Assembly: GCF_009914755.1 (NCBI RefSeq)
Contig: NC_060933.1
Strand: one strand, 5' to 3'
Length of the DNA stretch: 64,000 nt
Source of the DNA: the human T2T-CHM13v2.0 reference genome, Homo sapiens
Shown here: piece by piece, positions 31,078-63,357 of the stretch
Numbering within the stretch: position 1 is the first letter of the stretch
Layout of the letters: each line of letters begins with the position of its first letter
Program-made: the position numbers and the translations under genes
Notes under the pieces: generated by a model
Told to the model about the DNA's origin: nothing
Database searches by the model: none
The model's input: only the letters and a program-made list of their open reading frames with translations

Positions 31078-32650
31078 GGCCTCTCCCCTCCCCTCTTTTT
31101 AAAGAAATTATAATCCCCTCAAGCGCCCCAATTCCCCTTCTCTTCTTCCTCAGCCTCGCCCCTCACCCACCCCCTACAGGGGATAGGCCAGGCTTGCTCG
31201 AGGCCAAGCACTAGGCCTTTGGTAACCCCCCTCGCTACGCAAAGTGCGTAGGGCCCAGCCTCGACCGGCCCGGCCGCTGCCAGCCAGCAGCGTAATGGCT
31301 TCCTGAATCTGCCTCTTCCGCCGAGGTGTGCGGAGATCCGCCCACTTCCCCTCTTCCCGCCTCCCAGCGCTTCTCCGGGAAAACCGGCCTTCCCGGTTGG
31401 TAGCTGCTCAAATATCACGTCGATCACTGGTTCTTTCGATCTGTCGCTCAGCTAAAGAGCACGCCTGCTTACTGTAATTCGCCTGATCATTGGTCTAAAA
31501 TTGTGTCCGTCGCCCAGAGGGCCCCGCCCACCTAACCTTTATTCACTTCCATTGGAAAATCATTCTGTCGTTCAATTGTCAGTATTACGACTATTAAGCC
31601 GTTAAATTCAGCTATTTTATTGGTGGTTTAGGGAGTTAGATTACCAAAACCCTGCTTCCTGAGGATACTTAGTGCTTTCGGCCGTGACCCATGGGTCAAT
31701 TAACTTTTAATTCCTCCCACCGGCACAAACTCTGCCTCGCAACTGCAGTTCACAAATGCTCTCACACAAATCCTGTTTCCCACTGGAGGCTACGATCTCT
31801 CCGTACACTACCGCTCCTCCCATCCTTAAGATCCCGCAGTCTAAACAGAGTTAGTTCATCAATGGAAACTGGACACGGGGCCTTCCGCCTGCCAATCACA
31901 TTACTCATGCCTATCGCTGCGTGATTTTCTCTCTCTTGGCCCCCGGCTCAGCCAATCCCCGCCTCCCTCAGTTTGAATCGGCCCCAGGCGGAGCCGGGTG
32001 ACCCCGCCCACCCCATTGATCCGGGTAGTCCGTGGCGCGTGGGCTGTCCTTAGACAGGCTCCGCCCCTCCCTGCTCCCCATCCGAGCCTGTGACTGGCCT
32101 TCGGTGCGCCCGGGCGTGGCCGGCGAAGCGGGGCGCGGAGGGGCGGGGCTCCCGGAAGCCGCCCCTTCCGCCAGCTTGCCGGCGTCTCCGAGCCCGCGCT
32201 CCCAGCTGCAGAGCGCCTGGCTTGCCTCCCGCGCGGTCACCGCCGGCCCGCCGCCCCCGCTCCCGCCCGCGCCCGGAGCCCCTGCCTCGCGCCCGATGGT
32301 GAGCAGTGTGTTGTGCCGCTGTGTGGCCTCCCCGCCGCCGGACGCCGCCGCCACCGCCGCCTCTTCGTCTGCCTCATCGCCGGCGTCCGTGGGGGACCCC
32401 TGCGGCGGCGCTATCTGCGGGGGCCCGGACCACCGGCTGCGCCTGTGGAGACTCTTTCAGACGCTCGACGTCAACCGGGACGGCGGCCTGTGTGTCAACG
32501 ACCTGGCGGTGGGGCTGCGGCGCCTGGGACTGCACCGCACCGAGGGCGAGCTCCAGGTAGGCTGCGCGCGTCCTCAGCACTGGCGGGGAGGGAGCCCCTC
32601 GAGGGCCGGGTGACAGGTCTCGGGGGACGGCCCCTTGGGCTGGGCGGAAC
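30590..32650. promoter_or_regulatory. CpG island / bidirectional promoter shared by NAIF1 (-) and the distal SLC25A25 first exon (+)
   Basis: High CpG density around both first exons; start codons 1.2 kb apart and divergent. CCAAT boxes at 31489, 31551, 31619 (minus) and 31892, 31952 (plus). GC boxes at 31521-31529, ~32001, ~32060, ~32140. No TATA box seen. Confidence 0.9.
32296..32556 (+). CDS. SLC25A25: SLC25A25 distal alternative first coding exon (87 aa, MVSSVLCRC...; includes EF-hand 1)
   Basis: 261 nt, phase 0, donor CAG|GTAGGC at 32557. EF-hand loop DVNRDGGLCVNDL after helix LWRLFQTL. Matches the SCaMC-2 long N-terminus. Confidence 0.95.
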
Positions 32651-33545
32651 CCCCACTGTCCAGAGGAAGGGTGCCCCCTGACTCACTGAGGGACACCCCA
32701 CTTATGCCCTGGTGGGAGCGGGGCTCCTTCCTGACTTCTTTGGGTGCTTGAGCCGGGTTCTTCGTGGACACAGGTGGGCATCCTATGGGCTTTCTGATGG
32801 GCGAAAAGCCCTTTCTTGCCCAGAGTAGAAGGCCAGGTCTCAGGAGTGTGCCTTTGTCACCTCCTGACCTCAAGGCCAAGCTGGACGCTCCCTTCACCCA
32901 AGGATGGGTTCATCCATCAGTCCCCAGCAGCACCCCCTCCTTTCCCTCTCGTTTCCATGCCAGCCGTGGGCCCTGATCTGGTTCCTCTCAGGAACATGTG
33001 GGAGTTGAAAAAAAAATTGGTATTGAGGTTTCAGGCTGATCCGTGTGGACGTTGGCGGCGAAGACTGACAGTTCTCATGGTTTAGGCTCATCTCCATTGC
33101 CCTGTTTATCCAGAAAATGGGATCGTGATCCCCGCGGGGTTGGAGTGTGGACGGAGTGAAAGAATCCGGGGGAAATTTTTTTTCTAAAAGTCAAAGCGAG
33201 ATTGTTACTATTGTGGGCTCTTGGCCGAGGTGTGGGCATAGGGGCGCAGAGAAATGGTCATCCCTGGGCCTGCCAGGAAGAGAAGTGCTGGCCTTTCTGT
33301 ATGAGAACCTCAGAGCAGAGGCTGTTTCTTTCCCTTCTGTCTCTTCCCCCTTCAGTCTGACTTGGCGGGTGTAGCTGCCATTTTCCCAAGTATTTCATTT
33401 ACTGTAGCTTAGCCTGATTTACAGCCTGGAATAGGACTCCTGAGTACTTTACCTAAGAACCTGTTTCACTGCTGAGTTAGTTTGGTCCATTTGTACACAT
33501 GACAATTAGAGAATCTCGTAGCCAAGTATGAAAAGAATCTGGTAA

Positions 33546-35995
<2,450 letters not shown>

Positions 35996-37721
35996 GTATA
36001 GACTGTATTTCTACTACTTTTTTGGCTTTTGAACAAATTCAGTTGTTATACAGCTTTGAGATCAGAAATAATTTATTAGCTCATTACCTGTAAAGGAGCA
36101 CAAGTTAGTCCTGTGGGGAACGTTTGAAGTCTTGGAGAGAAGATCTGCCTTTTTGTAAATAACTGGGCAACAGGAAGACATCCTGCCTCTTGTACCCCCA
36201 TACCACTTCCTGTTGAATTAGCATTAGTATTAACTGCCTACAGAAAAAGCAGTGCTGAGGCTTTGCAGAACTAGCAGGAGCCGAAAGAGAACTGTGGGGC
36301 CCTTTGGGTCAAAATGGGTCATCTGCCATGGGAATAGATGTTGAAGAACACATCAAACTTTGGAAGGTGCTTCCTATGGCCCATATGAAACCAGTGTGAG
36401 ATGCTGGGGTTTGCACGGGAATCAGCTGTGAGTGCTTATCAGGGGGTGATGGGTAAACCCAGGCCATGTGACTTCACAAAGCCTCTTCTTAGCTTATAAC
36501 AGTCTGGGTCAAGTTTTCTTTAAAAGTAAACCAGCAAGTTTTGCCATCTGCCTTTGTTTGAGAAGAGATGGGACACTCATAAAAATTGCTTAAAATGGAA
36601 GTGGGCAGAGAAACCGTTGGCAGCCAGCCAGGGAAATTTTCTTTGTAAAGGGCATGTAAGCGAGAAGCTTGTTCTGGGACAAAAAAAGGGAAGAGTTCAT
36701 TAAAGAAGAAAGAAAAAAGATGACGACAACAGTAGTGACTTTGGGAGATGAGACTCAGCCAGAGCTAATTATAGATTGCCTATTTAAGGCATTTTCATGT
36801 GACCAAATACAATCTGTGTCTTAAAACAAATTTAAAACATAGGTTAGAACTCAGGCAGCCAATTAGAGGAAGAAAGCAAGCTGTATTCTGTGTAAACAGT
36901 TGTCTCTCCAGCTGAGGCTTTGGGGCTCTTGTAAGGGGCTGGTGTTTATTGCAGGTGAGGTTCTAGATGAGCTGCAGTTTGCTCATTTAGAGACTGGCAT
37001 CCACACCATCTCTTTTGAGCCCCACAAAAATTTGTTAAGTAAGCAAGTCAGTAAAATGATTTTCACTCCATTTTACTAGGGAAGGAACAATGGTTCAAAA
37101 AGACAATGGAACAACCTCAAAGATCATTTGATCGCAAGGAAATTGGACCAGAGAAGGAATTGGAACCATCTTCTGATTCCTGCTCCTCTCCTCCTTAACA
37201 CAGTTTTTTTCAGGAACATGAAGAGAATTCTCAAGTTCTTTTGGGGAAACTTGAGAAAGAGGAGGAGAGATAATTTAGAACCACATATTTTGCTCCCAAA
37301 GGATAGGTTTCAAGATTATCCAGTTTACCCTGTCAAAGAACAAGAATCCGCCCTCCCCCATTTCTCTCCCTGACCCGAGCAGTGCACATGAGGCAATCCC
37401 TATTGACTTGAAATTATTGAATGGAGATCAGTAATGTCAAGTTGGTATTGCTTAATCAGACAGACTGTTGAACTCTATACTTTCTAAATGTTTGGCCATT
37501 TGTGGATGTTTATCAAAAGAGCCAGACTTAGATAAGACAGTCTACAGAAGAAAGCTCCTTTCCAAGAGATAGACATTATTCGCTATAATATAATGGCCCT
37601 TTAGGAAAAGAAAAATGCTTTTCACAGATTGGATTAAATTCATATATTAAACTAATTGTGTTATATTGTTGCATAATCGGTCCCTGGCTCAAAGTCATAA
37701 TTATCAAGTCAACTAGAATAC

Positions 37722-40752
<3,031 letters not shown>

Positions 40753-41229
40753 TAACTTTTTGTTTTTAACCATTAATTATACTAATGCGAATTTGGCAGA
40801 ACCATAGAATTTAGTCTTGGATGGGTGACGGGCCATCATGGTCACTAGCCAGCCTTCCACCCAACATGGAGATAAGCTCTCCGGAAGCATCCTTCGCAGA
40901 TGGTCATCCGCCCTTTCTATTGTGAACCTAATTGGAGTCACTGTGAGTTCTCTGTCATGTTAGACTGAAATCTTGTATCTGCTGCTGCCCATTGCCCCAT
41001 GTGTACCTTCAGGAGCAAGACAGAAAAGTGATCCAAGGGCCCTTTATCTGAAATCTGTGGTCTTATCTTCCTATAATCTCTGCTGCTGCTAAAAACAGGT
41101 ATCATCATGCACTTCTCAGGTGACGTGCTGTCCATACCTTACAGTTCCCTTAGCTGAGACAATAACCCATGGGGTTTATAGTACAGACTTTCCTCGGAAA
41201 TGTTACGCTGATTGAAAGAAGCCAGTCGC

Positions 41230-41547
<318 letters not shown>

Positions 41548-41753
41548 TTAGGTGAAAGTCCAGAATGGAGAAGTCTACAGAGACAGAAAATTGAGTAGTA
41601 CTTGCCTACCTGGGAGTGGGGTACTGGCGGGTAGAGAGATAGGAAGGTGAGATGAGGTTTCTTTTTGAGGTGTTGGAAATATTCTCAAGTTGACTGGAGT
41701 GATGGTTGCACATATCCGTGAAGATACTGAGAACCACTGAACTGTATACTTTA

Positions 41754-42125
<372 letters not shown>

Positions 42126-43438
42126 TTATCAGAAACTTGTTGGTATGAGGACCTACTGCATAAGGGGGGTGTGTGGGTTAAATTAGATAAAGCATAGAAA
42201 GAGCCCAGGACTGGGTCTGGCACATATTCACCAAGTGACTTCCCCATTGGTTCTTTGAAAATAAGGTGCCCAGAATTGGTCAGAATCACCTATATTTTGC
42301 CCCTAGTTTGCTTAGGTGAAAAGCGAAAGGCAAGGGAGGGCAAAGCCTGGGGACATCAGCATTAAAGGGTGTGTGGCACCCAGGACATAGCCCCACCCCA
42401 GCAACCTGGAGAGGGAGAAGCTTCCGTGGTGTGGAAGGGGATGTCCGCTGTGGAAAACCTGGGCTCTGTGGACATCAAAATGAGCAAAGAAACAATAAAA
42501 AGTTGTAGTAGACTCACTCACTCTATCTACACAAAAAGACGTCTTTGGGGCCCGCATGCTTTCCCTGGACAGAAACCGGACCTCCTCATCTTGCAAGCCT
42601 GTTGCCCTCTCAGAAGCCGTGGATCGTCTTTCCTAAGTACAGAGTTGACCTTGAAGTTGTGAAAGTGGAAGCTCAAGTGGAGCTTACTTCAAAGCTTTGG
42701 AGATTATCTCACTAACCAGCATTACTTTGCAGAAGTGGGACTAAGGCTCGGAGGCTGGGTTGCTTGGAGGCCAAGCCAGTTCCAGAACCCAGGATTTTGA
42801 CTCTGCCCCATTTAGCTCAATGCAGTGCCGCCTTCCTTCTTTGACTGTGGACACTTAACTTGCCTTTAAAACTTGGCCACATTTATTTTCATAGTTTATG
42901 ACATTGACATACCTGTGCATAACTCTGTCTCAGCATTTTAAGGCCCTGGTGGTGCACAGGAAGCCGTGACTAAAATGATAGGTACACTGTTCCTAATACG
43001 GGATATAAAAGACTCAACACCACACCTGACAAAAGAAGCTGTTGTCTTAAAGATGCATCTTCCTTTAAAGTAAATGAATAACAAAGGTAGGCCATAAGGA
43101 GCTTCTTATCTACTTTAAGCTCTTGGCTGGCTTTTCCAGGAAGTTTGAGGAGATAAATCATGACTCATTTTCTGCAGGGTCAGTGGGGAAACTGGAGAGG
43201 TGGCTGTCCCTGTTCCTGCCGGTGCCTGAAGCTTTCAGTGTTGTTCCATCACACTCTGGCTCCATACCTTTCCTCCTGTCCTCCCTCCCTGTTGGCTGGA
43301 GTCTAATGTGACACTTCTTCCAAAACACAGAACCGCCTACATTGTGTAAGAAGACTCTCAAAAACCATTGATTGAAATGCTGCTGATGCCAAAAAAAAAA
43401 AAAAAAAAAAAAGGGTGGAGAGAGGGTAGTTTAGATCA

Positions 43439-44706
<1,268 letters not shown>

Positions 44707-45627
44707 TTGTTGGCCTTTTCTATCCCACTTGCCCAAAACCCTGTTGTTGCTTTTGGTTAAGGCCTTTAGATTGAGTTGGAATCCATATAATGTTAGAACT
44801 GGAGCGTTTTCAAGGTTGTTCAGTTCACTCCCCACATTTTACAGGCTGGAGAAGTTAAGCAATTTGTCCAGTGTCCTATAAAGGCATTGTAGGGGGGATC
44901 TTAGGGAGAAAGACAAGGTTCCTCAGCACCCCTTAGTGATGCATTTATGGACACAGTTAACTTTTTTCCTTTTTTCATTCACGTCTTGGGTGTATTTTTT
45001 GTTTGCCAGAGTCTCTTCCTCTCTAACCTACAGAAGAAGGAAAAATAGGATCTAAAGGTAGATAGTTCTATAGCTAAAGAATTCCTTTTCTGAATTGTTT
45101 AGGAGAGCTGGCTTGGTTTAAACCAGCTATTAGCCGGCATTCATCCAGTTGCCCTCCCACCCTGAACAGCTGTGCTGCGTGTAAGGCAGCCCAGGGAGGG
45201 TTTCACCCCCTTGACCTCTCTCCTGCCTGCAGTCCTTGTGCAAAGCAGAGCAAGCAGCTGGTGAGAGTTAAGTTTGTGTTGAGTCAGATCATCTCAGTGT
45301 GAGTGCAATCCTGAGATCTGTTTTCAGAAACTAAAAACATTTTATGTTGCTTTAGTAATAAATTTGTTGGTTTGCTTTTTCACGTGGGAGAAGGAAAGGA
45401 GAGGATAAGGACAGGGTGGGTACAACAAGTAGGCTCACATGGACGAATTGTGTGGCTCCCACTGGCCAGTGTTGGGTTGCTTCAAAATTTTTTGAACATT
45501 TTAGGTGATTGGGTTGTCACATGCTGGCCTCCATACCATATTCACCCCCTGCTCCTTACTCTTGGTGCACATGTCTAATCTAAAGGAGAATCATGCTCTT
45601 ATAAGAGCAGAAAAAGAAGAGAAATTA

Positions 45628-47797
<2,170 letters not shown>

Positions 47798-48056
47798 GAG
47801 TGTTAATATTTCTAAGATAGGTACTAGGCAGTTAAGCAAGGAGGTGATGAGACCTGGAGATTGCCGTGGAGTTGGTCAGTCCTGAGAACTCGCTTTCTGC
47901 GTTGTTCTTCTAAGACTCCCTTGGGCATCTCCAATTGTCTTTGTGTGTGGTGCTCCAGGCTCCTTTATACTCTGGGCATTTTATCAGGGTAATTTGGAAT
48001 AAGTCAAGTGCCCATGATTCGACTCACTACTTCCCTCTAGAGGTGTATTCCATTAC

Positions 48057-48774
<718 letters not shown>

Positions 48775-48968
48775 CCATCAGCCTCTATTGTCTAGATTCT
48801 TAAAACAGTGGTTATTTCTGCAGGTATTAACCTCCTCTTAACCAGATTCTATTGATGTTTATAAGCTACTTTTACAAGAGGGTTACACTTGGCAGTCTAT
48901 CCCTGGATATGGGTGATTCATCCTACCCAAGAAAGCTACATGTGAAAGGAAAGAAATGTACTATATTA

Positions 48969-49435
<467 letters not shown>

Positions 49436-49559
49436 GCATATATGCAATATATATATTTAAACACATATAGGCAAGGTATTCAATTGAACACATTTCCATC
49501 GATTCCTGTCTTAGGTGCTGGTCTAGGGAAGTTTAAGATAAATAAGGCATGATTGCTAA

Positions 49560-52720
<3,161 letters not shown>

Positions 52721-52894
52721 GCCCTTGAACTCATAACTCAGTTCTGTGGTAGGAGGAAGTGCATTAAATCAAAAAGCGGTAATCTACTAAATAAGGGATT
52801 TCTCTTATGTGTGTAGATGGGAGGCCAAAACATCACTATCTCCTCCATCTGGCCAGACTTTCTGTGCCTAAAAACAGGGCTCACATTCATTAAA

Positions 52895-54800
<1,906 letters not shown>

Positions 54801-55289
54801 TAAAGGTTGTGAACACTATCAGAGGGTCACCTCAGCGAGGAATGACAGTAGCCAGTGCATTTATCTGTTAGTAAACTAAGAAACAAATGACCAAAGATTA
54901 ATTCCTTTTTATTTATGACCTTTTACTCAGTTCGGTCTACAGACTTAATCTGTGCCTGGTCCTAGGGGTAGAAAGGTCTGTGACTTGGTCCCTGCCCCCA
55001 GGCAGCTCATCTTCTGGAGGGAGACGCAGCAGAAGTAGCTGCTGTGATGTGGCATGTGCTCTGCTGGAGAAAACTGGATCTTGAAACAAGGAAAAATGTT
55101 TCTAGAATGCTCTTAGGACATGCTGCCAAGGACTCTTGATGGTGTTGCACTTGATGGTGAATGCCTTCTGGAAGCAACCCGGGTGGAGGGCAGGGAGTTA
55201 CTTTTGCTACGGAGCCAGCTCAGAGTGGATTCTGTAAGCTGAGCCTCATCTGGAGCTTGAGTCCGCACCTCCCTGCAGAATTGCCGGGC

Positions 55290-55841
55290 TTCATGCAGGC
55301 AATCAGCTGCCTGTGATTGGAGGGCTGGTGCTGGTAGGGATAATGAACTTGGTAGTGTCGGCAGAGGTGATTGGCCGGGCTCTGCTGCAGTGAGAATGCA
55401 GACTGGATGCTCGGGTCCTCGGCTTGGGTGATGAGCGAGGACAGCTGAATAACTGGGAGCTCGAAGTTGCTTGCTGCCTCCGGGAGTGGTCTGCTTGGCT
55501 GTCGCGTTTTCCTTTTCTTTTTTTTTTTTAAAAAAAAAAAGCCAAACGTTTGCTCACCATCACCTGCAGAAGTGAGTTTTTATTGAAGAAGCTCCAGCTG
55601 CTTTCTCCTTATTGCCGGCAGCCTGGCAAGCCTCCCTTAGAGTGAGCTACTTCTCAGGCCGGGCACGACAGCAGTGCTAGCACATTTGAAAAAGCAGGAA
55701 ACCGCCCCTGCATGCAGAGCTTCCAGCCTGAGAACCCCAGGCCAGTCCTCCCAGCAGCTGTGTAGCCAGAGAGCCTTGGTACTGTGGTCACATCCCTCAA
55801 AAGTGAACAGTCGCCATCGGAGGCGTTTGGAGGAGACCGTG
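55290..55841 (+). promoter_or_regulatory. Promoter / 5' UTR region of the middle SLC25A25 first exon
   Basis: Reverse CCAAT boxes (gattgg at ~55315 and ~55369) and locally raised CpG in repeat-free sequence upstream of ATG 55842. Confidence 0.5.
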
Positions 55842-56060
55842 ATGTTGCAGATGCTGTGGCATTTCCTAGCTAGCTTTTTCCCCAGGGCTGGGTGCCACGG
55901 CTCCAGAGAGGGGGACGATCGTGAAGTCAGAGGCACCCCAGCCCCTGCCTGGAGAGACCAGATGGCAAGCTTTTTGGGGAAACAGGACGGAAGGGCTGAG
56001 GCCACGGAAAAAAGACCCACCATTTTGCTGGTGGTTGGACCTGCAGAGCAGTTTCCTAAG
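55842..56060 (+). CDS. SLC25A25: SLC25A25 middle alternative first coding exon (73 aa, MLQMLWHFLASFF...EQFPK)
   Basis: 219 nt, phase 0, donor AAG|GTAATG at 56061. Recognised SCaMC-2 isoform N-terminus; no EF-hand. Confidence 0.88.
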
Positions 56061-57839
56061 GTAATGTTGGCCTCAAGAGGACCTCCTAGTTTAGGGCCTG
56101 GTCTGGGATCATTTTCCTGGGGAAAAAACGAGTGTGGGGAGGAAGGGAGAACTCACAACGTTAGTTCGGGGTTCAGGGAGAAGTGGTAGGCAATGAGGAA
56201 GCCCACAAATGCAATCTAAAACCTTTCTGTGGCCCCTGTGAAAGCTGCATTACCCACTGCGAGCACCCCAGTGTGGCTGTTGAGGGAAGGAAGGTTGCAA
56301 TAGACTTGCCTTAGGATTTGTTAGTTTGGCTGAAGAAAGCCATTTGAAAGTGAGGGGCAGCCTGTGAAAGTGTGCCTTAGCTTATCCGAACAGCTCAGGA
56401 AGGGCGAAGCTAAAGGGGCGAGAGAGTGTGCCTCGACCGTGGAACCCAGTTGCTTGGAGCTGTGGGGGTGGTCTTGGCATCCTGAAGGTCACAGTCCCCT
56501 TGCCTGGGTCCGACCCATCTCTCCTTTGGGTCTGGGAGGAAGAGTGAAGGCATGAGACTGGGTCCGAGGAGAGGCTGGAGTCATGAGGCGCAGAGGCTGG
56601 TGCCCCTCTGGAAATGACTGCGGCCGCTGCGGGTCTGCCAACTGTGGGGTCTTTCATCCTTCCTGAGCCCAGAGCTTGAGTTACCATCCTCACAAGAGCC
56701 AAGGTAAGTGGTAGTATCCCCATTTCGTAGATGAAGAAACTGAGGTGCAGAATGGTTACATTATTTGCCCAGGGTTAAACAACTAAAGAGAGGTGGAGCT
56801 GAGATTTCACCCCCAAATCCTTGTCCTGTGCTGCCTCGTTTTCCCCTTAGGAAAGCAGTTTTTAAGGAGACTAATGGAGTGCTCAGTATTAGAAAGGAAA
56901 TTGCCACTTGGCTCAGATTTCTCCTCCCTGCCGTAGGAGTGACCTCGTTCACCTCCTGAGCTTTGGTTATTTTCAATCTTTTTACTTAGGAGAAAAATCA
57001 GAGAAGAAAAGGAGATTCTGCCCGTTTGGCACATTATAGATACCACAGAGATGTTAAGATGAATTGCTACATTTAAGAAATAAAAGCTCATTTTGCCTTT
57101 GCTACTAGGGACTTTTGATGTAATAACATTTGCAGTCATGTGGGCACTGGGGAGAAGTCTTCGTCTTTGATGGGTTCCTTCTGAGCAAAGCAGTGGGTCT
57201 CTTCAGAGACTGTTATGCCTGAGATGTCTGTGCTTAATATTCAAAGAGAGGGTGTCACTTTGTACCTTTTGATTGTTTTAGACAAGATTGGAATGGCTGT
57301 GGCACTAGCTTTGTGAGGAACTTTTATCTATAGACCTGCTTGCCTTATTACTACCTCGAATGGCCGGCTCCTTTTAAAATCACCTATTTTTGTCTTTAGC
57401 AGTTAACTGCTCTATTTTTCAGCATCATACAGTACCCCCTTGCCAGCTCTCCCCCCAGGGACTGCCTAGGATAGGACTGTCTGTTCTGAACAGCTTAGTT
57501 CCTGGCCTGCAGAATCAAGAGACCCACACCTTTTACTGGCTGATCCCCAAAAGAGAGACAGTTCAGCTGGCTGCAAACTGGGGGAGCCCCAAGTGGGATA
57601 TGGGGCAGCTGGTTGGGCTTGAAGCCAGAGAGAAAGCAAATCTGAGAAGCATAGACTCTCAAAGCAGATAGACCAAGAACTGGAGTAACAGGAACATGGA
57701 TGCAGCCCGCATCCTTTTCCAGAACAGTGCTCTGAAGGTGTTTGGGGTTTGTGATCACTGGCTGATTGGGGCTGGCCTCACCAAATCACAAAAAGGACCT
57801 CCAGAATGTTCTGGAAACATTTTTGAAAAGTTCACTTTA

Positions 57840-61619
<3,780 letters not shown>

Positions 61620-62269
61620 TAAGACTGGGCTCCTACGTGTTCTGAGCGGACGTGGGCGTTGAAGACTGTGGGTCTCATGTGAGGCCTCGACTGACCCCAG
61701 ATTGATGCTTCTGGGGAGTCCTTTGGCATGGTGTCCTCTTACCAACCCCATCATGTCAGCTCCTGGGCACTCTGGGGCTCCTAGGTGAAGGCTGGTGCTC
61801 ACATTGCAGAATGGCCTGGAAGAGGTTTCAATGCAATGTGGGCTGTGGAGGGCTGCAGGTTCCCTGGAGCAGGAGCCAGCTAGAACTGTGCCTGGAGCCG
61901 TGTGTGGCCAGGGCAGCTCCCCTGTGGGATACATGGGCCCATAGGGGGGTCCACTTTCCAGGGTGGCTAGGCACCTGGCTCTCGGCCACCCCTCAGCCTC
62001 CTATCCTCACAGCTGAACTGGGCCCGTTTGCAGTGGCAATCAGCTCTGTCTCTCTCCAACTACTGATTTTTTGGTTGGGAATGATTTACTAAAAGGAGAA
62101 AAACTGTTGTGTGACACGTTTGGGGACCTTGTGTGAAAGCAGCCATAGGCTGTTTGTTCATCTGAAGGGGTTGGCAGCTAGAGGGTGAAGGTTTGTTTGG
62201 GCTCTGTACCTGGTACCCAGGCAGGCAGAACGCACCACCCGGCCTCTTCTCCAAGAGTTAACTGCAGGG

Positions 62270-62538
62270 AGGGAGCGGTGACGTCAGCCCTGATCTTTGT
62301 GCCTCTCACTTGAGCAACCTGATGCCACCTTCTCCCCCGGGCTCTGTGTTCATTGGCTGTTGGCAGGACTTGCCGTGGGAGGGCTTTTTTCTTTTTTCAA
62401 TTAAGTAAAAGGGCAGGGCTTAAGCAGCCAATGACAGCTGAGGCCAGGCTTGTCTTATGCAAGTTTCCCGGGACCGGCAGCATTTAGGGAACTTGCTCCC
62501 GGTGGTGAGGGCAGTGGAGCACCCAGCAGGCCGCCAAC
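62270..62538 (+). promoter_or_regulatory. Proximal SLC25A25 promoter / 5' UTR
   Basis: Full CRE TGACGTCA 62279-62286; CCAAT boxes 62352-62356 (reverse) and 62428-62432; D-box/C/EBP-like TTATGCAA 62455-62462. Confidence 0.7.
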
Positions 62539-62697
62539 ATGCTCTGTCTGTGCCTGTACGTGCCGGTCATCGGGGAAGCCCAGACCGAGTTCCAGTACTT
62601 TGAGTCGAAGGGGCTCCCTGCCGAGCTGAAGTCCATTTTCAAGCTCAGTGTCTTCATCCCCTCCCAGGAATTCTCCACCTACCGCCAGTGGAAGCAG
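62539..62697 (+). CDS. SLC25A25: SLC25A25 proximal alternative first coding exon (53 aa, MLCLCLYVPV...YRQWKQ)
   Basis: Kozak gccaacATG; 159 nt, phase 0, donor CAG|GTCTGT at 62698. Recognised N-terminus of the canonical isoform. Confidence 0.93.
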
Positions 62698-63179
62698 GTC
62701 TGTGGGGTGACCGCGCGGAAGGGAGAGGCGCGTTCAACCGGTATTTGTTGAGTGAATGGCTGAGCATGCATGAACCATCCCCCACTGAGAGGAAAGAATG
62801 TCTGAAATGTAGCAGTTTTTTCCCATTGCCATGCGGCTATGGCCGGCACGTGTACGTCACAGGAGTGACCGGTTTTCATGTGACTTCCCAGGAAGGCTGG
62901 AATTCCAGCGAAGGCTGTTGTGAGAAATGGACTTTCAGAAAGGAAATTCCTTTTGCTGGAATGAGGGGGGTGTTCCTGAGAAGTACAGAGCCAGAAAGGG
63001 ACCTGGGGGGCAGGCCAGTAGTGCATGGGAGGAGAAGGCAGGGAGGCCCAGGAGTTGAGGGTGCTGCGTGGTGGAGCTGCCCGTCCCTGGTGTGGGGGTG
63101 AGGGAGCCTCCCGCCTTCTCGACTCTCAGACATCGCTGTGGAACAGGGCCTGTGTCTGCCCTGAAAGTGAGGAAGCCGA

Positions 63180-63357
63180 GCTGCAGAGTCCGGAGGCCCC
63201 TTGCCACCTCGGCTTCTCGGTTAATCAGTTTCCCTGCTACCCCCAGTGCCCACTGTGCACCAAGGGGGATTTGCAGATCCAAGGAAGGAGACAGAAGGAG
63301 GCCCAGGCCCTGTGAGGCAGAAGCAAGCACTTTGAGAATGCGTTGAAGCCAGCTGCG
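63180..63357 (+). other. SLC25A25: Possible fourth, non-coding first exon of SLC25A25 (5' end uncertain)
   Basis: Donor-like GCG|GTGAGC at 63358 in unique GC-rich sequence. A short SCaMC-2 isoform with a separate first exon is known; assigning it here is inference. Confidence 0.35.

Noticed and set aside
30425-31102. 225-aa and 186-aa plus-strand ORFs
   Set aside because: Antisense shadows of GC-rich NAIF1 exon 1; non-ATG starts and no independent support.
32032-32295. In-frame upstream extension of the distal SLC25A25 exon (GTG start)
   Set aside because: Open frames are expected at this GC content; the in-frame CTG at 32206 has weak context and part of the stretch is probably upstream of the TSS. 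Ribo-seq would be needed.
55674-55841. In-frame upstream extension of the middle first exon
   Set aside because: No ATG; the recognised isoform starts at 55842.
57473-57487. GRE/ARE-like AGGACTgtcTGTTCT
   Set aside because: Imperfect single match, expected by chance in 64 kb.
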